Assembly (NCBI GenBank): GCA_045106985.1
Contig: JBGCFQ010000005.1
Span: 86,700-150,699 of the forward strand
Length of the DNA: 64,000 bases
Direction of reading: 5' to 3'
From: Pseudomonadales bacterium
GTDB lineage: Bacteria; Pseudomonadota; Gammaproteobacteria; Pseudomonadales; JAUIET01
The notes beneath the pieces are model-generated. The model was given only the letters and a program-made list of their open reading frames with translations. It did not search any database and was not told where the DNA came from. The position numbers were made by a program, and so were the translations under genes. Shown piece by piece: positions 8,641-19,443 of this stretch (position 1 is the stretch's first letter; each line of letters opens with the position of its first letter).

Positions 8641-9855
8641 GCCGTAGTGTTGTTGGTATTTTTCGAAGAAATGTCGCTCAGACACATCCGACTCGTAACT
8701 GTGTTTGCCAAACTTACCTTGTGGCTTGTCCGCAAGATACTCCAACATATTCGTTTTTGCCGCAGTGCTTAAGTTCATCCCGAAGTGCCCATAAATCTTC
8801 TCTACATTGGCTATGGGATCTTGAAGAAGATCGTAATAGTGCGAATCGCAAATACGCGCCTCTGGCACTATTCCATCGGCACGTTGTTGCATCACTTTTT
8901 CTAGCCGTTGCGCGGTGGGCACACCCATTAGAATGTTCTCAAATGCGACCGCATCAAAATCTCGATTGCTGCGCATTTTATATATGCAGGCCATTAAGTT
9001 GCTTGCCGATGCCATGCATTTAATCGGGTCTCTGTGCGTTTGCACAATGCTGGCGTCTGGATAGGTTTTTAGCAATAGATCGAGATAGTTCTGATGTGCC
9101 GGAGCTTTGAGCAACCATCGGCTGCGAGGGTTTTTCCATTGCAGAACCTGAAGAATAGTTTTATGCCACTCATAGGCCGGCGTTAAATCCGCGCTTGCGT
9201 GCCAGGCTCCGTAATTATCTGTCATCTGCATGCTCGCAACATGATCAGATATAAAGCTGCTGCTCATCAGCAAACCGCACTCAGCTGGAATCTGACCACC
9301 CATTTCATGCACGCTGGCGAACTCTGGCACCAAACGTTGCCACTGGGTAAACATACTGTGTGCTTTTTCTATGCGGGGGTCTGTTTCATAGCTGGCCGCC
9401 TCTGGCGGTGGGAAGGGAAACATAGCCTCCCACATCAGAGGCACGCCTACCTCAGGGTCTTGAGCCAACACTTCGAATAGAATACTGGTTCCTGAACGCG
9501 GCAGCCCTACAATGAACATAGGTGCGGCGATTTCCTGCTCGGCAATTTCCGGATGTCGCTGAATCAGATCAATTATTCGTAACCTGTTTTCAAGCCAAAT
9601 CAGCAGGTCACTGCGCGCAGCCACGCGTCCTAGCAGGGTAAGTTCAGCAACTGTATCTAGGTCTTTACATAGAATTTGCAGTGGCTCGCGCCAGTAATCT
9701 TCACCAAAATCATGCAGCCCGGTATTGCGCTTGGCATCGCTAACCAGCGAGCCTATATTCAATGGCAACACGGTGCGCAGGTTGATATAGTCGCCTTCGG
9801 CGTTCGCCTGTTGCACCCATTGAGGTTGTGTTGGTCCGCTCATTGCCCACCCCAT
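8623..9855 (-). CDS. sulfotransferase family protein
   Basis: PAPS-binding 5'-PSB motif VGLPRSGTSILFEVL, ~400 aa soluble sulfotransferase layout. Confidence 0.75.
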   Translation of the reverse strand: MGWAMSGPTQPQWVQQANAEGDYINLRTVLPLNIGSLVSDAKRNTGLHDFGEDYWREPLQILCKDLDTVAELTLLGRVAARSDLLIWLENRLRIIDLIQRHPEIAEQEIAAPMFIVGLPRSGTSILFEVLAQDPEVGVPLMWEAMFPFPPPEAASYETDPRIEKAHSMFTQWQRLVPEFASVHEMGGQIPAECGLLMSSSFISDHVASMQMTDNYGAWHASADLTPAYEWHKTILQVLQWKNPRSRWLLKAPAHQNYLDLLLKTYPDASIVQTHRDPIKCMASASNLMACIYKMRSNRDFDAVAFENILMGVPTAQRLEKVMQQRADGIVPEARICDSHYYDLLQDPIANVEKIYGHFGMNLSTAAKTNMLEYLADKPQGKFGKHSYESDVSERHFFEKYQQHYGVPSEA

Positions 9856-9923
9856 TTACAAAGCGTGTTATGTGTAACGCCAAAGGTTATTATCAGCGCT
9901 CACCATAGTAGTACAGATCGATT

Positions 9924-11606
9924 ATGAACCGTAAAGAAATCATTGCCCAACTCACAGCACCCGGCCAAGCTTACGAACTTGTTAATGTTGAGCAAAATGG
10001 CCAAAGCTGCCGCATGTACAAGAATATGCCGGCCACGCTGAAAGACTTGTACGAATCGGGGCGCAGTGAGCTTCCATTCATTGCCTATCTTGATGAATTG
10101 CTGAGCTATGAAGAAGCATGGCAGCAATCTTGCAGTATTGCTGCTGTCTTGATTGAACGCTTTGATGTTAAAAAAGGCGACCGTGTAGCGATTGCGATGC
10201 GCAATTACCCAGAGTGGATTACCTCGTTTTGCGCCATCACGTCAATAGGTGCCATAGCCGTAGCTGTGAACTCGCACTGGCAGGGTAAGGAGTTGTGTTA
10301 TGCACTCAATGACAGTGCGGCCAAAGTTCTGATTGCGGATCAACAACGTGCTGAACTCGTTGTAGAGCATGACGATTGCCCGTCCTCGCTGTCAACACTA
10401 ACAGTTCGTTCAACCAATGAGCTAAATTCACGCCTGACTGCGCTCGAACCACTAACACAATTGCACAGGTGTGACGAGATGCCTTCGTGCGTACTTACGC
10501 CGGACGACTCAGCCACTATTCTATACACCTCCGGTTCTACCGGTCACCCAAAGGGCGCTTTGTCCTGCCATCGCAGCGTGCTCAGCGCACTTGGGTCTTG
10601 GGAACTTGAATTTCAAATAGGTATTGCGTCTAAGAGTATTGAGAAGCCAATCCTGACGGAGCAGGCATCCGCTTTGTTGGCTATTCCATTGTTTCACGTA
10701 ACAGGTTCACACAGTGTCTTCCTCATGTCTTTTCGCGCACAAAGAAGACTAGAGATAATGTACAAATGGGACGCTAAACTTGCCGCTGAAATGATTGATA
10801 AAAACCAAATTACGCAATTTACGGCAACGCCAGCAATGACCGGCGACCTAGTGGCCGCCGCCCGTGCAGGTGGGTATAAGCTGGACTCATTACGCCTGGT
10901 AGGCGGTGGTGGCGCACCACGTGCGCCCGAACAGGTGCGCGCCATAGATGAAACGTTTTCAAACACTGCAGTGAACACTGGCTGGGGCATGACTGAAACA
11001 AATGCCATTGGCACGTTTGCAGGAGGGAAACACTACCTTGAAAAACCAGCCAGTTCCGGCGCATCCGCCGCCGTACTAGACCTTCGTATTGTGAATGAAT
11101 TAGGCGTGGAGCTGGGCACAGGAGAACGCGGAGAGTTGGAAGTACGAGGTACCTCAGTCATTAAGAACTACTGGAACAGACCAGACGCCAACGAAGAAGC
11201 TTTTCATGATGGTTGGTTTCGCTCAGGAGACTTGGCGTATATCGACAGCGACGGAGATGTTTTTATAGTCGATAGAATAAAAGACCTGGTTATCAGGGGT
11301 GGTGAGAACATTGGTTGCGGCGCGGTTGAAGCCGCAATTCTTGAGCACCCAGCGGTGCATGAGGTAGCGGTATATGGAGTGCCCGATGAACGTTTAGGCG
11401 AAGAAGTCGGCGCTAGCCTGTATTGCCTGGAAAATATGCCCGCTCCTGATGCCGATTCATTGCGAGAGTTTTTGAGTACGCGCTTAGCGCGCTATGAAAT
11501 TCCACGTTACCTTACTTTTGCGCCACTACCGCTGCCACGCACTGAGTCGGGTAAAATATTCAAGCGTCAAGTGAAGGCTGAGGCGGCTGAGCTATTGGCC
11601 GGATAG
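9924..11606 (+). CDS. AMP-dependent synthetase/ligase (acyl-CoA synthetase-like, class I adenylate-forming)
   Basis: AMP-binding motif LYTSGSTGHPKG, plus GWGMTE, GDLAYIDSDGDVFIVDRIKD and a C-terminal SGKIFKR. Confidence 0.85.
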   Translation: MNRKEIIAQLTAPGQAYELVNVEQNGQSCRMYKNMPATLKDLYESGRSELPFIAYLDELLSYEEAWQQSCSIAAVLIERFDVKKGDRVAIAMRNYPEWITSFCAITSIGAIAVAVNSHWQGKELCYALNDSAAKVLIADQQRAELVVEHDDCPSSLSTLTVRSTNELNSRLTALEPLTQLHRCDEMPSCVLTPDDSATILYTSGSTGHPKGALSCHRSVLSALGSWELEFQIGIASKSIEKPILTEQASALLAIPLFHVTGSHSVFLMSFRAQRRLEIMYKWDAKLAAEMIDKNQITQFTATPAMTGDLVAAARAGGYKLDSLRLVGGGGAPRAPEQVRAIDETFSNTAVNTGWGMTETNAIGTFAGGKHYLEKPASSGASAAVLDLRIVNELGVELGTGERGELEVRGTSVIKNYWNRPDANEEAFHDGWFRSGDLAYIDSDGDVFIVDRIKDLVIRGGENIGCGAVEAAILEHPAVHEVAVYGVPDERLGEEVGASLYCLENMPAPDADSLREFLSTRLARYEIPRYLTFAPLPLPRTESGKIFKRQVKAEAAELLAG

Positions 11607-11722
11607 ATGACGGAGACCAAGAGCGGAAGTTGAGTTTGTTGTACTGGCCCGAAGATACACGCTAGAAGACGTAATCGACCGCTTGATAAGGATGAAATTG
11701 CCTGTCTTTTGTCTACGTTAAA

Positions 11723-12655
11723 TCAATGCACACTACCCGCATCAGGGGCCTTAGAAACATTCACAGCGGCACTGCTAAAAAGTCTTGCTACATCAATCCG
11801 ATCTAAAACGTAGTTGGTGTTACAGAAATCACAGCTGGTAGAAATATTTCCTTGTTCTACAAGAATAGATTCCGCAGCTTCTTCGCCTATTGAGCGAATC
11901 GCTCGTTCAACCTTTTCATGCGAGCAGGAACAGTCAAAACGAACCCTCTTTGCATCGTAAATGCGTAAATCTTCTTCGTGATACAAGCGATGCAGCAAAT
12001 CTTGCGAGGGTAGCTCAAGTAACTCTTGATTCTTAATTGTGTCTGCAAGAATGCAGGCATGCTCCCAGCCGTCCAATTGGCTTCGCTCAGATTGCTCGGT
12101 TTCTTCCGAAGGCAAACTTTGAAGCATTAGCCCCGCAGCTGTTTTGTCGTCGACGGCCAACCATAATCGGGTATTTAGCTGCTCTGATTGCGCGAAATAG
12201 TGAGTTAAACACTCCATCAGTGATTTGCCTTCTAAAGGAACCAGACTTTGGTAGCGCTCACTTCGAGTAGAATTAGGTTCCACGCTAATCGCCATAATTG
12301 CTTGACTAGCTTCGCTGTTTTCACGGGTTGCTGGTTGGAACAGGTCTTTGAAGCTCGCGTTGTTAGCTATATCGCCCTCCCAATTCGCCATGCCTCTAAT
12401 GGAACCCTCTGAAGTAGCTTGAACGACGAGCATAGATACTGGTGCGGTACCGTGAATTTGTAGTACCAGAGAGCCATCAAACTTCAATGAATCGGCCAGC
12501 AGGCCTATCGCCACTAAAGCCTCACCCAATACCTGTTTTACCGCGGGCGGGTAATCCGCCGTGTTTTGGATGTCTTGCCAAGAATTGCTGAGTGAAAGCC
12601 ACTCGCCTCGAACATGAAGGTTTTCTAGTTGAAAACGATGGAGTGAATCAGACAT
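11723..12655 (-). CDS. hslO: Hsp33 family redox-regulated chaperone
   Basis: C-terminal zinc centre CSCSHEKV...CDFCNTNY. Length and N-terminal domain pattern fit Hsp33. Confidence 0.85.
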   Translation of the reverse strand: MSDSLHRFQLENLHVRGEWLSLSNSWQDIQNTADYPPAVKQVLGEALVAIGLLADSLKFDGSLVLQIHGTAPVSMLVVQATSEGSIRGMANWEGDIANNASFKDLFQPATRENSEASQAIMAISVEPNSTRSERYQSLVPLEGKSLMECLTHYFAQSEQLNTRLWLAVDDKTAAGLMLQSLPSEETEQSERSQLDGWEHACILADTIKNQELLELPSQDLLHRLYHEEDLRIYDAKRVRFDCSCSHEKVERAIRSIGEEAAESILVEQGNISTSCDFCNTNYVLDRIDVARLFSSAAVNVSKAPDAGSVH

Positions 12656-12757
12656 AGATGAAAGTAGTGTTGAACAAATACGAATCTTAACGCAGCTTAG
12701 GGCAGTACAGTAACACTTTCAACGGAACCGAAACAGAATAAGGGAAATTGGGGTCAG

Positions 12758-13392
12758 ACTGAAGCTCTCCCGGTTTAACGGACACTGTTAATCAGAGGCA
12801 AAGCCTCATTAAGGAGTGTTCAATAACAAATACGCGCAGAGCCTGGAAAACCTATCCCAAAGAGTTCAAACCGGAAGCTCTACGGCTGATGGAGGCCCCA
12901 GGCAAGCCCGCCAGCGAAGTGGCTATGCCGCTTGGCATCAGGCGCAATCAACTCTACAAGTGGAAGGAGAAAATGATCAAAAAAGGCGGCAAAGCGCTTC
13001 GCAAGGGAACAGTCGTGAAGTACACCTTTATCCGCGCTCACCGTGATGAGCATGCTGTTACCCGTCTGTGTGATTTACTGAACCTTTCCACCAGCGGCTA
13101 TTATGGTTGATGTGACCACCTAGAGAGCAGTCGAGCGAGCGAAAACCATGAGCTCACCGAGAAGATTCATCACTATCACCATTGTTTCAATAAAGTCTAT
13201 GGGTCGCCCAAGAACCACGAGGAACTGCCGGCGGATGGTGAGCGTTGCAGTGTTAACCGGGTTGACAGGCTGATGAAGCAGGCCGACATCCAGTCAAAGC
13301 TACGCCGTAAATTTGTGGTGACGACAAACTCAAAGAACACCACAGCAGCTGCACCTGATTTGTTGCAGCGCAACTTTTTCCGTGCCATCTAA
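12758..13392 (+). pseudogene. decayed IS3-family insertion sequence remnant (orfA HTH fused to the start of orfB, frameshifted, 3' truncated)
   Basis: One frame reads TRRAWKTYPKEFKPEALRLME...EVAMPLGIRRNQLYKWKEK, then jumps into orfB-like KYTFIRAHRDEHAVTRLCDLLNLSTSGYYG*. A second frame gives YGSPKNHEELPADGERCSVNRVDRLMKQADIQSKLRRKFVVTTNS...APDLLQRNF and then ends. No DDE domain follows. Confidence 0.7.
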
Positions 13393-13821
13393 GACGGGCA
13401 GTTTAGCGCCATTGAGACAACTTCATGGCCTTAAGCCCGCAAGCAGCGCAAGAGCCACCCCTAAAGTCTAACAGTTTTTAGCAGATCGAGTGCCGAGGTG
13501 CACACCGTACATCAGCTTGTATAGGTTGAGTTGCGATAATTGAGAGCATTCTGCGTCGCTTTTAATGATAACTTTTTCCACGCAGGATGAAGGGTCACTA
13601 CAAAGCTAAGCCTACGTTTTCCTACCACCGGGCATCAACCCCCTACAACCTGACGGACCTACTTTGAAGGTAAGGCTTCCACTAGTATAGAATTGACCCT
13701 AAAAAGGTTCGGTTCTGTTGCTGGTTTGATCTAGACGTCTTCGACTAGCTCAATCCCCGAAAGCGGACGTAGAGTTTGCCTGTCGCTGCGCGTGCTTTGT
13801 GCCCAAACTGTACGTAAGAAG

Positions 13822-14508
13822 TTATTTAACTTGGCCACCTTCACGAGAAAATTTCTTCCGGGAGAAATATAGGATATTCATGATCCAATACATAGTTATT
13901 ATCAGTATCAACAGTGTTGGTATGCCCACAATATAAAACAGTTGATCTACTGGCATTTCTCTAACGTTAAAACCTTGAGCCTTTATGATCTTATCGGTGA
14001 GTGCTAACGCAGTCCAAACCAAAGAGAATCCAATTCGCCACACATGTCTGATGACGCGTTGAACACCGGTCAAACCTGCTCTTCTCAAGTTACGGAGATC
14101 CCCAATAGCACAGAAAACCGCAAAGCCTGCCCAAAAGAGGTAAATACCTGGAGTACCAGCTTCAATACTGCTTGTGCTCAGAATAAATGCCGCTATCCCA
14201 ACCGCCATTATCCAAGTGAGTGCCGCTTTTTCCAAAAAGCCAGTTTCGCTAGTTTTTCGTTGGGCCGTGAGCCACGCGGTAAACACGGTATACATGACCA
14301 CAGCACTCAACAACATATCACCAGAGGACTCTTTAATTGTTGCAGCGACGAAACCGGCTATCAGCATGATCAGCATAGAAACCGTAAAGTACCTACCTGC
14401 CTTTAGATGCAGCGCAGCTCCCTTTACAGCAAACAAAGCAACAACGGCAGCAACCAATCCAACAGTTCCTGCAGGCGTATGAATTAGCCAAACTATCGTC
14501 TCTTTCAT
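13822..14508 (-). CDS. multi-pass inner-membrane protein, function unknown
   Basis: 228 aa with about 6 hydrophobic helices. I recognise no motif. Confidence 0.55.
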   Translation of the reverse strand: MKETIVWLIHTPAGTVGLVAAVVALFAVKGAALHLKAGRYFTVSMLIMLIAGFVAATIKESSGDMLLSAVVMYTVFTAWLTAQRKTSETGFLEKAALTWIMAVGIAAFILSTSSIEAGTPGIYLFWAGFAVFCAIGDLRNLRRAGLTGVQRVIRHVWRIGFSLVWTALALTDKIIKAQGFNVREMPVDQLFYIVGIPTLLILIITMYWIMNILYFSRKKFSREGGQVK

Positions 14509-14560
14509 GAAAATGTAGATACCATTAAAAGTTGTGGAATAGTATTGGGATAATTGAAAT

Positions 14561-14887
14561 CTAAAACTTCGCTTTCAATTTTTCACTTGCCAGATAGCCG
14601 TACTGAGTTTCTTTGTGTTCTTCGATCAGATATTCGTATAGCGTATTGGCAATTTTTTGTTGTCCTAGTTTTTCATGCGTTTGCGCTTTCAAATAAGTCA
14701 GCTCCGCTTTCATTTCAGGCGCCGTTTGTTTCGCATTTTCCGCCCTAGTGATTAGTTCTAACGTTCGTTCATATTCTTGAAGCTCGTACTTTTTGTAAGC
14801 GTCAGTGACGGATGTGCTTTGAATAAGGCTCGCACAGGCCCCCATAGAAAGAGTTAAGGCTAAGAGAAGTACTTTCTGAATAGTCAT
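14561..14887 (-). CDS. small putative lipoprotein (helical/TPR-like)
   Basis: Signal peptide MTIQKVLLLALTLSMGAC with a near-consensus lipobox. 108 aa. Confidence 0.55.
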   Translation of the reverse strand: MTIQKVLLLALTLSMGACASLIQSTSVTDAYKKYELQEYERTLELITRAENAKQTAPEMKAELTYLKAQTHEKLGQQKIANTLYEYLIEEHKETQYGYLASEKLKAKF

Positions 14888-14931
14888 TTACTAAGAGTCC
14901 GTTATTTGTTTGAGGTAATCTGCAAGGCATA

Positions 14932-14944
14932 TGCTATCAATGCA
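14932..14944. promoter_or_regulatory. candidate LysR-type T-N11-A box (TGC-N7-GCA)
   Basis: aTGCtatcaatGCAt lies in the 106-bp divergent intergenic region between the lipoprotein gene and the LysR regulator gene. Motif-level match only. Confidence 0.3.
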
Positions 14945-14993
14945 TAAACAAACATAATAGAATGAATAATGGACACCAGATATACGTATTCGC

Positions 14994-15896
14994 ATGGATT
15001 GGAGATCGGTAAAATTTGACTGGAATCGGGCAAGGGCCTTTTTGGTGACTGCCGAAGAAGGATCTCTTGCGGCTGCGGCTCGTGCTCTTGATATGACGCA
15101 ACCTACTTTAGGGCGTCAGGTTGCGGCTCTCGAAAAAGAAATTGGCGTCGATCTCTTCAATCGCAGAGGCCGAGGGTTGGAGCTGACCCCGAACGGGATG
15201 AACCTGGTTGAACACGTACGCGCGATGGGAGATGCAGCGAGCCGGTTTTCATTATCGGCAACAGGGAAGTCGGATCTAGTTGAAGGAAATATTTGCATTA
15301 CTTCTACTGAGCTCCTTGCAACATATGTCTTACCGCCAATGATTCAGAAGTTACGGCAAGCAGAGCCGGGTATCGAAATTGAAATAATTTCGACAAATGA
15401 CGAAAGCAATTTGAACCGTAGAGAAGCTGATATTGCCGTACGCAGCTTTCGACCATCACAGCCAGAACTAATCGTTAAGAAACTCAGTGATGTAAGAGGT
15501 CACCTCTACGCTGCAACTACCTATCTCGAGCGTCTGGGTAATCCCAAGTCTATGGCTGAGTTTAACAAAGCCAACTTTATTGATTTCGAGAAGTCAGGCC
15601 ATCTGCTCTCTTTGCTCAACTCCCGAGGCTTTGAGTTAAGCACTCACAATTTTCCCGTTGTGACCAGAAACCATGTAGTCCAGTGGGAACTAGTCAAGTT
15701 GGGTGTTGCAATTAGTGGGATGCCGGAGATGATCGGTGATCTCGAGCCTCTAGTTGAACGTCTTATTATTCCGGGTTTAGCTCCCATTGAGGCGGAGCTC
15801 TGGATCGTGACGCATCAGGAATTAAGAACTAGCCGACGAGTTCGAACGGTATTCGACTTTTTCGTTTCTGAATTCGCCAATTATCTGCCTCAATGA
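14994..15896 (+). CDS. LysR family transcriptional regulator
   Basis: N-terminal wHTH (RAFLVTAEEGSLAAAARALDMTQPTLGRQVAALEKEIG) plus a LysR substrate-binding domain. 300 aa. Confidence 0.9.
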   Translation: MDWRSVKFDWNRARAFLVTAEEGSLAAAARALDMTQPTLGRQVAALEKEIGVDLFNRRGRGLELTPNGMNLVEHVRAMGDAASRFSLSATGKSDLVEGNICITSTELLATYVLPPMIQKLRQAEPGIEIEIISTNDESNLNRREADIAVRSFRPSQPELIVKKLSDVRGHLYAATTYLERLGNPKSMAEFNKANFIDFEKSGHLLSLLNSRGFELSTHNFPVVTRNHVVQWELVKLGVAISGMPEMIGDLEPLVERLIIPGLAPIEAELWIVTHQELRTSRRVRTVFDFFVSEFANYLPQ

Positions 15897-16122
15897 GGAA
15901 TGACTGCATTTGGCCGAATGCTGCTATTGATATCTAGAAATCTGAAGTTCCGCTCCAAGGCAAAAGATGCCTGCCGGACCGATACGACCAACATAGACTT
16001 GAGTGATGTAGAACAGCACACTGTATTAATTTCTGCGACACAACACATACCCTAAACGACAGCCCTCTTAGCTAAAGCCAATAGAAGTTAGTATTTCATC
16101 GATTTTCCGTAGGCTTTAAACG

Positions 16123-16701
16123 CTATAAAATCAGATAGCGCCGAGTTGTTCGACAATAGTCTTCGAACGCCGCACCATGAACCCTTCGCAAGTAAGGTTC
16201 CTCTATATTTCTAACAATAAATTCAATGCTAATCCAACAGATTACAGCACAGGCCCAAATCGCTGGCTGCGGTAATGTCACACACATTGCAATCCAGTAG
16301 AGCAGTATTCCGAAGTAAATCGGATTTCTGGATTTTGAGTATAGGCCCGTTAAAATTAGATCAGTGCTTTCGCTTTGTTTTACCCCAATTCTCCAGGAAC
16401 GGCCCATTTGAACTTGGGCAATAACAACAATTGCAATACCGATAAAACCAATAGAAAGAGCAACGAAGCGCACGAGATCGGACACCGTGTTATCAACAGG
16501 AAGTAGACCCGTGTCGTAGAGAACAATTAACACAGTGCTAACCAGAAAAGACAGCAAGAACATTAAGCCGGGAATTTTTTCTGCCAGAGGAGCAGACGAA
16601 CTCGCCAAGCGCGCGCCGTGGTCACCTGTGAACCAAAATTGAATGGCTATCCGACCTATTACGGCAAATAGTATGAATGTAGAGGTAAGGAGTAATGACA
16701 T
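16123..16701 (-). CDS. isoprenylcysteine carboxyl methyltransferase (ICMT)/PEMT-family membrane methyltransferase
   Basis: Polytopic membrane protein with the signature GLYSKSRNPIYFGILLYW...EEPYLRRVHGAAFEDY. Confidence 0.75.
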   Translation of the reverse strand: MSLLLTSTFILFAVIGRIAIQFWFTGDHGARLASSSAPLAEKIPGLMFLLSFLVSTVLIVLYDTGLLPVDNTVSDLVRFVALSIGFIGIAIVVIAQVQMGRSWRIGVKQSESTDLILTGLYSKSRNPIYFGILLYWIAMCVTLPQPAIWACAVICWISIEFIVRNIEEPYLRRVHGAAFEDYCRTTRRYLIL

Positions 16702-16838
16702 GGCTCTAGCCCATATTTGTTAAGGAAGAGCTGAAGCCTAATACCTCTAGTTACTAGAGGTTCAAGTATTTTCTAGTGAGTGATGAATTTGATGCACTCA
16801 CACACTTGTTGAAATTATCTAAAAAGCAGGAATTCGCT

Positions 16839-17267
16839 CTATAAGTTACCTTCAAAAACGACCACGTTCCTTTTTACTAAGCCGAGTGATTCGTAGAATT
16901 TAATAGCCGTGGTATTTTCAGGCTCAGTCGCCACCCAAACCTCTTCGGCCCCTCTTTTTCTGCCAATATCGAAAAGAGCATCCAATAGCTTGCTGCCTAT
17001 GTTCTTCCTTTGTAAGTTCTCCGACACTGCCAAGTCATCGATGTACAACTCGGTATTTTTATCCGGATGTTTATGAATCACTCCCAATACCTGGCCTATC
17101 ACTAGTTTATTAAACACAGCAACTAGCATTATATGGCTCTCTTCGTGCACGTATTTTTCTAGAAGGCTAGGTTCTATTTTTTCATCAAATATTGCTTCAT
17201 CAATATTTTTTAAAACGGCCATAGTGTCTGTACTGACCGTTACAATTTCAATGTCTCTTAAATTCAT
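16839..17267 (-). CDS. GNAT family N-acetyltransferase
   Basis: Acetyl-CoA binding motif LQRKNIGSKLLDALFDIGRKRGAEEVWV. 142 aa. Confidence 0.8.
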   Translation of the reverse strand: MNLRDIEIVTVSTDTMAVLKNIDEAIFDEKIEPSLLEKYVHEESHIMLVAVFNKLVIGQVLGVIHKHPDKNTELYIDDLAVSENLQRKNIGSKLLDALFDIGRKRGAEEVWVATEPENTTAIKFYESLGLVKRNVVVFEGNL

Positions 17268-17504
17268 TCTTATACCTCTGAGGTCATAACAGGCGAATAG
17301 AAAACTATTTTCTGCTTAGCTATTCGATTTACAGCTCGTAAAAATTATAGAGTATTCAGTATCAGGAAAAACACTGGATGTACCTCAAAAAAGAACGACT
17401 AGCCTGTTTTAGCGTGATAAAGTGGTAGTTACTAAGATAGACCTCCCATCGCGATGGCTCTCACGTTATATTGACAACACATCAGTTCACACTGGAAATT
17501 ATTT

Positions 17505-18917
17505 ATGGCCCTATCAGAAGCTACAAGCTCAGTTAATTTCTTTCTCGACGGTAACTTTGCGCCTGTCTCCGAGGAACGTGACGCGAGTGACATGGAAATT
17601 CGCGGGCGCATCCCTACGGACTTAGCAGGTCACTTCTTAAGGGTTGGGCCAAATCCAGTTCATATTTTTAGCGAACAGGCATACCACACCTTTGACGGTG
17701 ACGGCATGATTCACTCTATTGAGTTTCGCGATGGTTCAGCGCATTACCGCAATCGTTTTGTTCAAACCGAAGGTTTCAAGCTCGAACAGCAACGTGGAGA
17801 CTGGTTGTACAAGGGCATGAATTCGATGATGGACCCTACGCCTTCTCGAGTTCCTGAGGGTGCACCGGCCGATAAGAACCTAGCGAACACCGCTCTTGCC
17901 TTTCATAACAACACACTTTATGCGCTTCATGAGCCGTCGCAACCAACAATAATACAACTACCTGGGCTCGAAACCGAAGGAGCCACTGACTTCAACGGCA
18001 AACTGCAGCACCCGTTTACTGCCCACCCCAAAGTGGATCAACACAGCGGTGAGATGATGACTTTTGGTTATGCCTTTGAGGTACCCTACGTTAACTACTC
18101 GGTTATTGATGCTGCTGGCGAATTGATCCACTCCACGCCTATTACTATTGAGAAGCCAGTCTTCATGCACGACTTTGCCGCGACAGAGAAGTATTCTCTG
18201 TTTCTAGACTTCCCCATTACGCTCGACATAGAACGTGCAATGGCGGGCGGTCCCGCACTGGATTTTGAGCCGGAACACGGTTCGCGTATAGGAGTGATAC
18301 CTCGCTTAGGTACTGATGCCGAGGTGCGTTGGTTTGAAGTAGACACCTGCTCAGTAATTCATACCGCAAATGCTTGGGACGAAGATGACGAGGTTGTTTT
18401 GCAGGCTTCGCGCTCTAAAACCAGCGACATAGCGGGCGCAGGTTTGGCTGCAGAAAATCTGGCGGATACTCAAGGGCAACTCTACCAATGGCGCATTAAT
18501 TTGAAGACTGGAGCTATTAAAGAACAACTGTTAAGCGAGGTGCATTGTGATTTCACTCGAGTGAATGATGCCCTTACCTGTCATAAAACGCGTTACGTTT
18601 ATGGCGCTGTATTTAACCCAACACGCCCATTCACCTTTGATGGTGTGATGAAGTTTGATAACGAAACGCAAACCACAGTCACCTACAGTTACGGCGAAAA
18701 GCGGTTTGGAGGCGAGGTTGTGTTTGCGCCAAAGCTGGGTTCACAGACAGAAGACGATGGCTATCTCATCTGCTTTGTTCAAGACGAGGCCGAAAACCAA
18801 AGCGAATGTTTGATTCTGGATGCGCAGGATGTAGCCGCAGGACCAGTCGCGACAATTTTGGTACCTTACCGGGTGCCGTATGGCTTCCACGCCAGCTGGG
18901 TTGGTGACATGGGCTAG
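17505..18917 (+). CDS. carotenoid oxygenase family protein (carotenoid/stilbene cleavage dioxygenase, RPE65 family)
   Basis: GNFAPV, FDGDGMIH, HPKVD, MHDFAATEKY and GFHASW blocks, including the conserved iron-ligand histidines. Confidence 0.85.
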   Translation: MALSEATSSVNFFLDGNFAPVSEERDASDMEIRGRIPTDLAGHFLRVGPNPVHIFSEQAYHTFDGDGMIHSIEFRDGSAHYRNRFVQTEGFKLEQQRGDWLYKGMNSMMDPTPSRVPEGAPADKNLANTALAFHNNTLYALHEPSQPTIIQLPGLETEGATDFNGKLQHPFTAHPKVDQHSGEMMTFGYAFEVPYVNYSVIDAAGELIHSTPITIEKPVFMHDFAATEKYSLFLDFPITLDIERAMAGGPALDFEPEHGSRIGVIPRLGTDAEVRWFEVDTCSVIHTANAWDEDDEVVLQASRSKTSDIAGAGLAAENLADTQGQLYQWRINLKTGAIKEQLLSEVHCDFTRVNDALTCHKTRYVYGAVFNPTRPFTFDGVMKFDNETQTTVTYSYGEKRFGGEVVFAPKLGSQTEDDGYLICFVQDEAENQSECLILDAQDVAAGPVATILVPYRVPYGFHASWVGDMG

Positions 18918-18966
18918 TGTCATAAAATAAATTGCAGAGACGTTTTCTTAGTAGGCTTTGATCAGT

Positions 18967-19101
18967 GTGAAGGAAGGTTCGGAGACAGAGTTAACTAATA
19001 CGCGACTGATTTATCGACGTTTTGGGCCGCCAACGGAAACACTGCAATTAGAGTTTGAAAGTTTGCCCCCGCTGCACTCAAACCATCTGCGAGTGCAAAT
19101 G
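18967..19101 (+). pseudogene. 5' fragment (45 codons) of an MDR/quinone-oxidoreductase-like gene cut off by the IS
   Basis: Reads ...RLIYRRFGPPTETLQLEFESLPPLHSNHLRVQM, matching the N-terminal pattern of MDR reductases. It ends exactly at the left IS inverted repeat, and no continuation is visible after the IS. Confidence 0.35.
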
Positions 19102-19176
19102 TGTAACCATCCCCTAAATTAGGTAGATGTCATCTTAGAGTTTCCCAGCGTAAACTACTCGTCAGGAGAGCAGAAG

Positions 19177-19443
19177 ATGAAGAAGTCACGATATTCAGAG
19201 AGCCAGATTGTTAAGGCGCTGAAGGAAGTTGAAGGCGGTCGGAACGTCAAAGATATGTGCCGCGACTATGGTATATCAGAGGCGACTTACTACAACTGGA
19301 AAAGCAAATACGGTGGCATGGAAGCCTCCGATGTAAAGCGACTCAAAGAGCTCGAAGATGAGAATAGCCGCTTGAAGCAGATGTACGCAGAGCTGAGTTT
19401 GGACAACAGGGTTCTGAAGGATATTGTTGAAAAAAAGCTGTAG
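19177..19443 (+). CDS. IS3-family transposase OrfA (HTH)
   Basis: MKKSRYSESQIVKALKEVEGG...ISEATYYNWKSKYGGMEASDVKRLKELEDEN is typical of IS407-group OrfA. Confidence 0.9.
   Translation: MKKSRYSESQIVKALKEVEGGRNVKDMCRDYGISEATYYNWKSKYGGMEASDVKRLKELEDENSRLKQMYAELSLDNRVLKDIVEKKL

Noticed and set aside
13393-13821. About 430-bp ORF-free stretch after the IS3 remnant, scanned for a tRNA, group II intron domain V or another IS end
   Set aside because: I found no cloverleaf or T-loop (GGTTCGA-type) motif, no domain V consensus and no recognisable coding remnant. Most likely decayed junk sequence.
16755-16773. Perfect 8-bp inverted repeat ACCTCTAG-tta-CTAGAGGT between the GNAT and ICMT-like genes, considered as an operator or terminator
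   Set aside because: No U-tract follows it, and no cognate regulator is adjacent. A single short palindrome is within chance expectation.
18963-18973. The 11-mer cagtgtgaagg occurs at 18963 and again at the right IS junction (20291-20301), considered as a long-range target duplication
   Set aside because: The spacing and position do not fit a transposition footprint: the left copy is 130 bp from the IS end. Probably coincidence.
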